33,047 bases of DNA. It comes from Pseudomonadota bacterium. GTDB taxonomy: Archaea; Thermoplasmatota; SW-10-69-26; JACQPN01; JAJPHT01. A program made the position numbers and the translations under genes. The notes under the pieces were generated by a model. That model worked only from the letters and a program-made list of their open reading frames with translations, ran no database searches and had not been told where the DNA came from. Shown piece after piece: positions 15,533-23,704 of the stretch (position 1 is the first letter of the stretch; the number at the start of each line of letters is the position of its first letter). The stretch is from positions 1-33,047 of the forward strand of contig JAJPHT010000025.1 in the NCBI GenBank assembly GCA_021325135.1, written 5' to 3'.

Positions 15533-16990
15533 GTGCGCCGGACGAAGATCCTCGCGACCCTGGGCCCCGCCACCACGCCGGAACCCGCCCTGGAGGCCCT
15601 CCTGAGGGCCGGGGCCGACGCGGTGCGCCTGAACTTCAGCCACGGGAAGGCCTCGGACCACGAGGCCGTGTTCCAGCGGGTCCGCGACGCGGCCGAGCGC
15701 CTGGGCAAGGCGGTCCCCATCGTCCAGGACATCCAGGGCCCCAAGATCAGGATCGGCAGATTGCCGGCGCCGGTGCCCCTTTCGCGGGGGGACGAGGTGC
15801 GCTTCCACGTCGGCGAGGAGCAGAAGGAGCCCGGCGTCCTCCCCATCACCTACGCCCACCTGGCCGAGGACGTGAAGGCGGGGGACCGCATCCTCATGGA
15901 CGACGGCTACCTCTCGGCCCGCGTCGTCGCGGTGGAGGACAAGGAGACCGTCCTCGCCCGCGTGGAGGACGGCGGCCTGCTGAAGTCCAACAAGGGGGTC
16001 AACTTCCCCGGCGTGCGCCTCTCCATCCGCTTCCCCACGGAGAAGGACAAGCTGGACATCCAGGTGGGCCAGCGCCTCGGCGTCGACTACATCGCCGTCT
16101 CCTTCGTGCGCAGCGCGGCGGACCTCGCCCGCGTCCGGGCCGACCTGGACGAGGACGTGGGCACGCGCGTCATCGCCAAGGTGGAGCTTCGCGAGGCCGT
16201 GGACAACCTCGACGAGATCATCCTCGCCTCCGACGGCGTGATGGTGGCCCGCGGCGACCTGGGCGTCGAGCTTCCCCCCGAGGAGGTGCCCCTCGTGCAG
16301 AAGGACATCCTCCTGCGCTGCGACAGGCTTGGCATCGCCAGCATCACCGCGACGCAGATGCTGGAGAGCATGATCGAGAACCCGCGCCCCACCCGCGCGG
16401 AGGTGACCGACGTCTACAACGCGGTGCTCGACGGGACCAGCGCAGTCATGCTCAGCGCGGAGACGGCCGTGGGCAAGCACGCCGTGGAGGCCGTGGCCGT
16501 CATGGGCCGCATCGCGAGCCGCGCCGAGGCGGAGCTGCTCTCGCCCGGCGAGATGGCGCAGCGCCGCCACGCCGTCACGTCGCGCTCCATCCCCGACGTG
16601 GTCGCCCACAGCGCGGCCCGCGGCGCCGAGGAGGCCGGAGCGCGCGCCATCCTCGCCCTCACGCACCGCGGCCTCACCGCCCGCGTGCTATCAAAATACA
16701 AGCCTTCCGTCCCCATCTACGCCGTCACCAGCCTCCCCCGCGCCCGCCGCCAGATGGCCCTACTCTGGGGCGTGACCCCGCTCCTCGCCCCCTTCCACGA
16801 GGACGAATGGGTCGCGTTGGGCGCCGCCCGTGACGCGGTCCTCGGCGAGGGGCTGCTGAAGCCCTCCGACGTGGTCGCGGTGGTCAACTCCCGCGGCGGC
16901 GTCCGCAGCAGCACGAACACGCTGCGCCTGCTGCCGCTCCGGGACCTGGGGCCCCCAAAAGCGGGGGGTTCGGGGGGCGCAGCCCCCTGA
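15533..16990 (+). CDS. pyk: Pyruvate kinase
   Basis: RRTKILATLGPA, RLNFSHG, DIQGPKIR, IAKVE, MVARGDLGVE, ATQMLESM..NPRPTRAE.TDV.NAV.DG, MLSAETA.G. Confidence 0.97.
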   Translation: MRRTKILATLGPATTPEPALEALLRAGADAVRLNFSHGKASDHEAVFQRVRDAAERLGKAVPIVQDIQGPKIRIGRLPAPVPLSRGDEVRFHVGEEQKEPGVLPITYAHLAEDVKAGDRILMDDGYLSARVVAVEDKETVLARVEDGGLLKSNKGVNFPGVRLSIRFPTEKDKLDIQVGQRLGVDYIAVSFVRSAADLARVRADLDEDVGTRVIAKVELREAVDNLDEIILASDGVMVARGDLGVELPPEEVPLVQKDILLRCDRLGIASITATQMLESMIENPRPTRAEVTDVYNAVLDGTSAVMLSAETAVGKHAVEAVAVMGRIASRAEAELLSPGEMAQRRHAVTSRSIPDVVAHSAARGAEEAGARAILALTHRGLTARVLSKYKPSVPIYAVTSLPRARRQMALLWGVTPLLAPFHEDEWVALGAARDAVLGEGLLKPSDVVAVVNSRGGVRSSTNTLRLLPLRDLGPPKAGGSGGAAP

Positions 16991-17059
16991 CGTTTCGGTC
17001 GTCTGCTGGAACGGGACTTCACGTCAGGGGGCTGCGCCCCCCGAACCCCCCGCTTTTGG
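16955..17059. repeat. Perfect 39-bp inverted repeat (27-nt spacer), REP/MITE-like
   Basis: 16955-16993 ccaaaagcggggggttcggggggcgcagccccctgacgt is the exact reverse complement of 17021-17059. Confidence 0.92.
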
Positions 17060-17132
17060 CCGCGCTGCGGCGCGGCCTCGCGACGAGGTCAGTGTGGGAG
17101 CCCTTAAGGAACGCCCGAGGGTGAGGGAAGCC

Positions 17133-18566
17133 GTGCGCCGCGCCGCCCTGCTCCTGGTCCTGCTCCTCGCGGGCCCCCTCCTGGCGGGCTGCGCCGGCAG
17201 CGCGGGCTCCGGGCGTGAGGACCTCGTCCCCTACCCGCGCCTCCACGAGTCCGCGACCTACGCGGTGAAGGGCGCCGCGGTGGACTTCTCGCGCTGGGAG
17301 AACGGCCACGCCTTCGCGACGCCCCAGGCGCAGGTGAAGCTCAGCGTGCTGCCGGGGGGCAACGCGCTGGACGCGGCGCGCATCCCGCACGCGACGTTCC
17401 TCGTGCGCGAGGAGGTGGGCGAAGCGGGCGCCTTCGCGTCCCACGCGGACCTCTACGTGAGCCCCGCCCACGAGGCCGTGGTGCAGTCGTTCTACCCCCT
17501 CTCGGGCGACCAGTCGATCCTCGCCTTCGACGAGCGCGGCTACCCGTGGCTCTTCGGCGCGTCGGCCCTCTTCGGCGAGAGCGTCGCGCCGGGCGCCCGC
17601 ATCCGCGTCGCCATCCCCGACAACCTGGGCCACGGAGCGTCGCTCGACCTCTCGTGGCGCGTCGCCGGCCAGGATGCCATCAACGGGGTCCGCGCCACGC
17701 GCCTGGAGCTGGAGGGCTCGCCCAGCGTGGGCGGCACGCTCTGGATGGAGCCCGGCTCGCCCTGGCCCCTGGCGGCGAACCTCACGCTGCGCGACGCGGG
17801 CGTCGAGCCGCTGCTGCGCGCCGACGGCGGCTACCCCGCGCACCTCGAAGCCCACCGCGTCGCGGTGCAGCGCGGCGACGACCTGCTCCCGCCGCGCAAC
17901 CGCGCCGAGCGCTTTCTCGGCGACGACGCGGTGCAGCGCGACGCGTGGGACGGCACGGCGCCCCCCGATGGCGCGGACGCCTACGAGCCCTACCGGCTGG
18001 GCGAGGCCATCTCCGACGCGAAGCTCCTGGACCCCAACGGCCTGGGCGCGTGGCTGAAGGCCGCGCAGGACCCGCGCCTCTACCGCGCCACGTTCAAGAC
18101 GTTCGACGGCCCCGCGCAGGGCACGATCAACGCGACGTGGCTTCTCGTCTTCGTCGACCAGAAGGAGACGTACTACCAGGTGCAGATGGGCCGCCTGCAA
18201 TCCGCGGCGGCCAGCCTGCCGCCCCTCCCCGTCGCGCCGCCCCAGGGCGTGCCCAAGGTGGAGAGCAGCGGCGCCGCGGAGGCCCCTTCCTCCTCCAACC
18301 ACGGCTGGTTCGCCAAGGACGCGGTGCCCGAGAAGCTCGTGAGCCTCTCGCAAGGCGTCTCCGTCGTGCGCGGCCTCTTCGGCGCCAAGGGCGTGCAGAT
18401 CTTCCTGCGCAGCTTCCAGGACCCGCCCGGCTACCAGTACTTCCTCGACGGGGGCTGGGACTCGGACAAGGGCGAAAAGGGGCGCTACACCGTCGTCTAC
18501 GACCCCGAGACGGGCCTCGTGCAGGAGGCCACGGGGCACGGCGTTGCGCCGAGGATGGCGCCCTAG
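17133..18566 (+). CDS. Hypothetical lipoprotein
   Basis: GTG start; RRAALLLVLLLAGPLLAGC lipobox; C-terminal YTVVYDPETG is weakly PepSY-like. Confidence 0.8.
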   Translation: MRRAALLLVLLLAGPLLAGCAGSAGSGREDLVPYPRLHESATYAVKGAAVDFSRWENGHAFATPQAQVKLSVLPGGNALDAARIPHATFLVREEVGEAGAFASHADLYVSPAHEAVVQSFYPLSGDQSILAFDERGYPWLFGASALFGESVAPGARIRVAIPDNLGHGASLDLSWRVAGQDAINGVRATRLELEGSPSVGGTLWMEPGSPWPLAANLTLRDAGVEPLLRADGGYPAHLEAHRVAVQRGDDLLPPRNRAERFLGDDAVQRDAWDGTAPPDGADAYEPYRLGEAISDAKLLDPNGLGAWLKAAQDPRLYRATFKTFDGPAQGTINATWLLVFVDQKETYYQVQMGRLQSAAASLPPLPVAPPQGVPKVESSGAAEAPSSSNHGWFAKDAVPEKLVSLSQGVSVVRGLFGAKGVQIFLRSFQDPPGYQYFLDGGWDSDKGEKGRYTVVYDPETGLVQEATGHGVAPRMAP

Positions 18567-18613
18567 GCATCGCAGCGCGCGGCGCACCGGGTTACGAAGG
18601 GCCTCTGCCAGAG

Positions 18614-18630
18614 TTCACGAAATTTCTCCA
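18614..18630. promoter_or_regulatory. TTCAC-N7-CTCCA motif, copy 4, just upstream of a TATA-like AAAGTTAT
   Basis: ttcac gaaattt ctcca, then ccaaagttatc; ATG at 18676. Confidence 0.55.
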
Positions 18631-18675
18631 CCAAAGTTATCTCGTCAACGCGCGTGGCGCGGGCCGGTTGTGCGC

Positions 18676-19212
18676 ATGCGCTTCATCGTGCCCTTCAGCC
18701 TGATCGCTGCTTGCCTGTTCCTCCCCGCGGCTGGCGCCACGGGCGTCGATCTCCTCAACGGAGGCATCCACGCGGACATCTTGGCGGCCCCACCGTCTGT
18801 CCTCATCATCGCCACCACCAGCAACCTCGTGCCCGTGGAGACCGTCACCTTCTTCTACTGTCCCGCCGGCGCGCCTCCCACCACGTGCATCTTCTTCGTG
18901 GATGGCCACGTGGACGGCCAGGAAATCGCCCCCGTGCTTCTCTGTGCCCCCGGCACCAGCGGCTCCCAGGCTTGCGAAGCCTACGCCTTCGTCTCGGACC
19001 TGGCGGCGGCCGCGGTGGGCGTCACGCAGAACCCCTTCGGAGCCCCGGGCGTCGCCCTTTGCGGCGGCGTGGGCGTCACGTCGACCGTCGAGGTGGAGTG
19101 CGTCGGCGCCCAAGTGCGCCAGGGGTCGCAGGACTGCGTGGACCTCCTCTACGCCCTTCACCAGGGCTACCCCGCGCTTCAGCAGGTCCCCCTGGCGTGC
19201 GCGACGCCGTAG
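18676..19212 (+). CDS. Small Cys-rich secreted protein (8 Cys in the mature part)
   Basis: Signal MRFIVPFSLIAACLFLPAAGA; hydrophobic, acidic mature region almost free of Lys/Arg. Confidence 0.7.
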   Translation: MRFIVPFSLIAACLFLPAAGATGVDLLNGGIHADILAAPPSVLIIATTSNLVPVETVTFFYCPAGAPPTTCIFFVDGHVDGQEIAPVLLCAPGTSGSQACEAYAFVSDLAAAAVGVTQNPFGAPGVALCGGVGVTSTVEVECVGAQVRQGSQDCVDLLYALHQGYPALQQVPLACATP

Positions 19213-19249
19213 CTGGACGAGAAAGCGCGCTCGCGGCAAGCGGTCCGGT

Positions 19250-19876
19250 CTAGAACGACAGCACCGCCGCCCGCACGAAGGCGTCCAGCACCAGGAGGAG
19301 CCCTCCGCCCGGCGGCGCGCCTGCGTCCTCGGCGGCGGGCCGCGGCTCCAGGGTGAGCCACACCTGCGCGAAGCGGTCCACCACGTCGTCGAGGAAGCTC
19401 TCGCGGTGCTGGATGAGGACGCGCGCGACGAGGTCGGGCTCCAGCACGCGGTAGAGGTTCTCGCGGCCGCTCTTCTCCTGGCCCACGATGCCGCTCGTGA
19501 CGAGCTTCTTGAGGTGGAAGGAGAGCGTGCTGGCGCTCAGCGCGAACTTCGTGAGAAGCTGCCCGTGGCTGCTGCCGGGCTCCAGGAGGAGGTGCGCCGC
19601 GATCTGCCGCGGCACCTTCTGGCGCAGCACCGCCAGCACGTCCTTCTCGCGGCGCGACAGCTCTCCGGTGGCGAAGTAGCGCGTGTAGCGCGGGTCCTGC
19701 CGCGTCGTGAGCAGGTCCGCCTTCACGAGGTAGTGCAGGTGGTACTCCAGCGTCCCCATGGGGATGTCCAGCTCGCGGCCGATCTCGCGCATGTGCGCGC
19801 CGGGGTGTTTCTGGAGGTGCTGGTAGATGCGCCTCCGCGTGTCCAGCTCCAGCGGGTCGTCCGGCGTGGGGCTCAC
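19250..19876 (-). CDS. Tandem winged-helix (ArsR/HTH_24-like) transcriptional regulator
   Basis: LELDTRRRIYQHLQKHPGAHMREI..GTLEYHL and a second HTH STLSFHLKKL...GRENLY. Confidence 0.92.
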   Translation of the reverse strand: MSPTPDDPLELDTRRRIYQHLQKHPGAHMREIGRELDIPMGTLEYHLHYLVKADLLTTRQDPRYTRYFATGELSRREKDVLAVLRQKVPRQIAAHLLLEPGSSHGQLLTKFALSASTLSFHLKKLVTSGIVGQEKSGRENLYRVLEPDLVARVLIQHRESFLDDVVDRFAQVWLTLEPRPAAEDAGAPPGGGLLLVLDAFVRAAVLSF

Positions 19877-20142
19877 CTCTTCGCGACGGAGAGGTAGAGG
19901 AACGCGAGGACCACGGCGTTGAGGGCCACGTTGGGGAGGTCGGTCACGCGCTCCGAGATGCCGCGCCAGGTCCAGAGCGCGCCCTCCGCCGCGAGCACGA
20001 GGAACGCGCCCCCCGCGAAGAGGAGCTTCACGCTGCGCAGCCGCGCGTAGGAGACGACGCTCACGAGGAGCAGCATGAGCCCGATGCCCAGCGTCGCGAT
20101 GGCGAGCAGGACGCCGAGGTTCAGCGCGAGCGCGTCGGCCAC
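19873..20142 (-). CDS. Small 3-TM membrane protein translationally coupled to the wHTH gene
   Basis: Three hydrophobic segments; GTGA overlap with the 19876 start; TTATAT box on the minus strand (20171-20166) about 25 nt upstream, suggesting a leaderless mRNA. Confidence 0.8.
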   Translation of the reverse strand: MADALALNLGVLLAIATLGIGLMLLLVSVVSYARLRSVKLLFAGGAFLVLAAEGALWTWRGISERVTDLPNVALNAVVLAFLYLSVAKR

Positions 20143-20222
20143 GCCGAGGGCACGGCCAGACCCCGATATAAGCTGCGCTCCTGCGAGCAAAACCCTATGC
20201 GCGGCCGGGCGCTCCGTTCCGC

Positions 20223-21098
20223 GTGGCCGCGAGGCGCGAGCGCACGGGGAGCCTGTATGACCAGGGCGAGGCCCTCCAGGTGGCGGGCCTGGAGACGTGG
20301 GTCGTGCGCGCCGGGCCCCAGGGCGGGCTCCCGGTTGTCTTCCTCCACGGCACGCCCGCCAGCGCCTACGAGTGGCGCGACGTGATGCGCGCCATGCACG
20401 AGGAGGTCGACTGCGTCGCGTTCGACTGGCCCGGCTTCGGGCAGTCGGCCAAGCCCAGGCGCGGCGACTACACGCACCGCGCCCGCGCGGACCACCTCAA
20501 GGCCGTGCTGGACGCGCTGCGCCTTCCCCGCGTCCGCCTCGTGGGGCACGACATCGGCGGTCCCGCCGCGCTCCTCTTCGCCTCGGAGAACCCCGACCGC
20601 GTCGAGCGCCTGGCGCTCCTCAACACCACCGTCTTCCGGCGCGACTTCAAGCCGCCGCTGCCCGCCCTCACGCAGCTGATCCCCGTCGTGCGCGACGTCG
20701 CCAAGCCCTTCCTCAACCGCGGGACGTTCGACCGCGTCTTCCAGCAGGGCCTCGCGCGCCCCGAGCGCATGCCCCGCGCCGCGCTGGAGCACCACTGGAA
20801 GCTCGCGACGCGCGACGGCGGCAAGGCCACCGTGCTGGCGACGTGGGCGCAGTTCCCCGAGGGCATGCCCGCCCTGGAGGCGCTCCAGCCCCGCTTGGCG
20901 GCGCTGCCCACGCCGACGCTGGTCCTCTTCGGCGAGGAGGACCCCTGGCTCCCGCCGCCCAACGCCGAGCGCCTCGCGCAGACGCTCCCGCGCGCGACGC
21001 TCCAGCTTCTCCCCGAGGCGGGGCATTTTATCATGGAGGACGCGCCCGAGGAGGTCGCCGAGCGGTTGCTATCGTTCTTCGAGGAGGAAGTGGCGTAG
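20223..21098 (+). CDS. Alpha/beta hydrolase, epoxide hydrolase/haloalkane dehalogenase type
   Basis: HGTP oxyanion motif, D..GFG.S, GHDIGG (Asp nucleophile), GEED, AGHF. Confidence 0.9.
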   Translation: MAARRERTGSLYDQGEALQVAGLETWVVRAGPQGGLPVVFLHGTPASAYEWRDVMRAMHEEVDCVAFDWPGFGQSAKPRRGDYTHRARADHLKAVLDALRLPRVRLVGHDIGGPAALLFASENPDRVERLALLNTTVFRRDFKPPLPALTQLIPVVRDVAKPFLNRGTFDRVFQQGLARPERMPRAALEHHWKLATRDGGKATVLATWAQFPEGMPALEALQPRLAALPTPTLVLFGEEDPWLPPPNAERLAQTLPRATLQLLPEAGHFIMEDAPEEVAERLLSFFEEEVA

Positions 21099-21824
21099 CG
21101 CCGCGTTGGCCGCCCGCGAGCCCGCGCGGCCGTCCGCGAAGAAAGCGTGGTCGCCCGGCGCGTGGACCGCCTGCACCGGCGCGTCGATGCGCTCCACCCA
21201 CGCCTCGAAGTCCGTCCGCGTGAGGATCTCGTCGTCGTTGGCCTGCACCACCAGCGCGCGCGGCGGCGCGAGGCGCTCGGGGTAGTGCTCGCCGCTCGCG
21301 CGCGCGAAGTACGCGAAGAGGGCCTGTGCCAGGTCGCGCCAGTAGGGCTCGCCGTGCCACTTCGCGCTGAGGCGCTGCGTCGCGAGGGGGAGCGTCTCGG
21401 GGCGGATCGTCGCGAAGTAGTGCCTGCGCTTCGCGCTGGGCGAGCCGCTGGTGGAGAGGAGCGCGAGGCTCGCGACGCGGCGAGGCCGTCGCGCGGCGGC
21501 CCACGAGGCGAGGATGCCGCCCATGCTCACGCCCACGAGGTGGACGGGCGCCTCGGGCGAGAGCGCGTCCATGATCGCCTCCACGTCGCGCGTCATGTCC
21601 TCCAGCGTCAGCGTCTCCCAGGGCGCCTCGCCGAAGCGGGTCGACGCGCCGTGCCCGCGCAGGTCGGGCATCGCGAGGCGGAAGTCGCCGCGCAGCGCCA
21701 CGCGCTGGCTGCGGAACGCGGCGCCCGCCGCCAGCGCGCCGTGGAGCATCAGCACCAGCGGCCGGCCGGCGTCGCCCTCCTCCTCGACGTGGAGGCGGAT
21801 GCCGTTCGCGCGCACCTCCGTCAT
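21069..21824 (-). CDS. Alpha/beta hydrolase (Ser nucleophile)
   Basis: LHG, DLRGHGAS, GVSMGG, C-terminal GDH. Confidence 0.88.
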   Translation of the reverse strand: MTEVRANGIRLHVEEEGDAGRPLVLMLHGALAAGAAFRSQRVALRGDFRLAMPDLRGHGASTRFGEAPWETLTLEDMTRDVEAIMDALSPEAPVHLVGVSMGGILASWAAARRPRRVASLALLSTSGSPSAKRRHYFATIRPETLPLATQRLSAKWHGEPYWRDLAQALFAYFARASGEHYPERLAPPRALVVQANDDEILTRTDFEAWVERIDAPVQAVHAPGDHAFFADGRAGSRAANAALRHFLLEER

Positions 21825-22525
21825 GCGCCCTCCGCGGCGGCGACGAAGCGCAGCAGGCGGTCCGCGAGCCACCCGGGCCGCTCCCGCGGCACGTCGTGCC
21901 CCGCGTCGTCCAGGCGCTCGAACTCCGCGAAGGGGAGGAACGCGCGCCAGAAGAGCGTGGACGTGGGGCCGTAGAGGGGGTCGCGCCCGGCCTCCACGAC
22001 CAGCGCGCGCCCCCGCCAGCGGCGAAGCGACTCGGCGGGGAAGTCGTCGTCGGGAATCGAGGAAAGATATCGAAGCGCCTCGGCCTCGCGCGGGTCGCGG
22101 GCGCGCGCGAGGCGGTCGCGGAAACGCGCGCGGAACGCCTCGCTGGCCTGCGGCGGCGAGGCGACGAGGGCGAGGCTGCGCGCGAAGTCCGGCTCCTCGA
22201 CGGCAATCCACGAGAGGGCGGTCGCGCCGCGGCTGTGGCCTACGAGGTGCGCGCCCTCGGGCGCGGCGCGGCGGAGAAGCTCCGTCAGGTCCGCGGCCTC
22301 GGCGCGGGGCGACCAGTCCATGCCCGCGCGCCAGGGCTCCGACGCGCCGTGGCCCCGCGAGTGGGGGAGGAGCACGCGCCGGCCCGCGGCGGCAAGGCGG
22401 TCCGCGACGCCGGCCCAGAGCGAGGCGTCGTCCAGCACGCCGTGGGCCAGGAGGATGGCCGGGTCGCGGCCGGGCCGCTCGTCGTAGCGCAGCGTCGCGC
22501 CGTCGGCGAGCCGGAGGGACTCCAC
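21821..22525 (-). CDS. Alpha/beta hydrolase (Ser nucleophile)
   Basis: AHG, RGHGAS, GHSRGA, GRD, AGH; ATGA overlap with the next gene. Confidence 0.88.
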   Translation of the reverse strand: MESLRLADGATLRYDERPGRDPAILLAHGVLDDASLWAGVADRLAAAGRRVLLPHSRGHGASEPWRAGMDWSPRAEAADLTELLRRAAPEGAHLVGHSRGATALSWIAVEEPDFARSLALVASPPQASEAFRARFRDRLARARDPREAEALRYLSSIPDDDFPAESLRRWRGRALVVEAGRDPLYGPTSTLFWRAFLPFAEFERLDDAGHDVPRERPGWLADRLLRFVAAAEGA

Positions 22526-22725
22526 GCGGCGCCATGCCAGAAGGGGCGCATGAACGCCCCGGGTGAATGCAAAAGCCCCCCGCGCGAGACTGAGGAAATG
22601 TTGGGTATTGAGCTTGGGCTTGCGGATGTTGGAGCCGGGGGGCAAGGACGCAGAGGCGTCCTGCGCTGAGGCAAGCCCTTCCAATCCGGTTCGGGGGAGG
22701 TGGTTTTTGGCGAGGTCGTTGAATT

Positions 22726-23193
22726 TCACGTCCTATCCATGAACAGGGCGGGCATGCCCGGCTCCAGGACGCCTTCGCGCAGCACGCGGGCGTAGACGCG
22801 GCTCCAGCCGGGGCGGTGCGCCTGGTCGAAGCGCCGCGCGTCGCCGCTGACGTAGGGCGCCGTCGTGGCGCACGGCGTGGCGAAGCGCGTGACCTCCACC
22901 TGGGCGTCGCCCAGCCGCAGGCGCGCGCCGGGGAGGACCGCGTCCCACGGGATGCCTTGCAGCGTGACGTTCTCGCCCAGGGCGCCGGGGAAGACGGGGT
23001 GCCCTTCGGCGCGCAGCACGTCGATGCGCTCCAGCGCGTAGAGGCAGAGCGCGCGGTCGGGCCCGCCGTGGATCTTCGGAAGGCGCACGGCGTCCCCTTC
23101 GAGGCCCAGCGGGGTGAGCCGCGCGCGGGGGACGGGCAGCTTGGGGACGCCGCCGCGGCTCACGTTGACCTGCGCGATCCGCCCTTCAGGCAT
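22726..23193 (-). CDS. MOSC domain protein (YiiM-like)
   Basis: GGVPK, GLEGD, HGGPDRA, GALGEN, PC, GW..YARVL.EG. Confidence 0.9.
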   Translation of the reverse strand: MPEGRIAQVNVSRGGVPKLPVPRARLTPLGLEGDAVRLPKIHGGPDRALCLYALERIDVLRAEGHPVFPGALGENVTLQGIPWDAVLPGARLRLGDAQVEVTRFATPCATTAPYVSGDARRFDQAHRPGWSRVYARVLREGVLEPGMPALFMDRT

Positions 23194-23704
23194 CGACGGG
23201 CGTCTCCTTCTCCTTCCTCAAGGGCCGCGCGGGGACGCCGCCCCACAGTTCTCCGGGGGGCACGTCGCGGTTGACCAGCGACATGGCGCTCACGGTGGCG
23301 CCCTCGCCCACGACCACGCCGGGCAGGAGCGTGCAGTTGGCGCCGATGGTGGCGCGCTTGCCGATGACGACGGGGCCGACGCGGTACCAGTCGGCGCTGT
23401 ACTCGTGGCAGAGGATGGTGGTGTGGAAGCCGACGACGGCGTCCTCCTCCACGGTGATGAGGCTGGGGTAGAAGATGTCCAGCGTGACCTCCAGCCCGAC
23501 CGCGGCGTGCTTGTGGACCTTGGCGCGGAGGAAGACGCGGTACATCCAGTTCTTGAGGCGGAAGCCGGGGATGCGGCGTGCGAGCCAGATGACGAGGAAG
23601 CGCCCCGCGGTGCGGAAGAAGCCGACGTGCCGGGGCCAGTACCAGAGGCTGCTGCGCGGGCCGTCGCTGGGCCGCTCGGTGCAGCGCTCCTTGCGGTCGG
23701 TCAA
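23186..23704 (-). CDS. Hexapeptide-repeat (left-handed beta-helix) acyltransferase
   Basis: ILCHE, VVIGKRATIGANCTLLPGVVVGEGATV, GVPAR; TTG start overlapping the hef stop. Confidence 0.88.
   Translation of the reverse strand: MTDRKERCTERPSDGPRSSLWYWPRHVGFFRTAGRFLVIWLARRIPGFRLKNWMYRVFLRAKVHKHAAVGLEVTLDIFYPSLITVEEDAVVGFHTTILCHEYSADWYRVGPVVIGKRATIGANCTLLPGVVVGEGATVSAMSLVNRDVPPGELWGGVPARPLRKEKETPVDA

Noticed and set aside
12081-20142. Integrated mobile element at tRNA-Thr
   Set aside because: No integrase or transposase, no duplicated tRNA 3' end noticed, and housekeeping pyk lies inside the region.
22725-22740. Fifth copy of the TTCAC..TCCA motif
   Set aside because: Wrong spacing, and it overlaps the MOSC stop codon.
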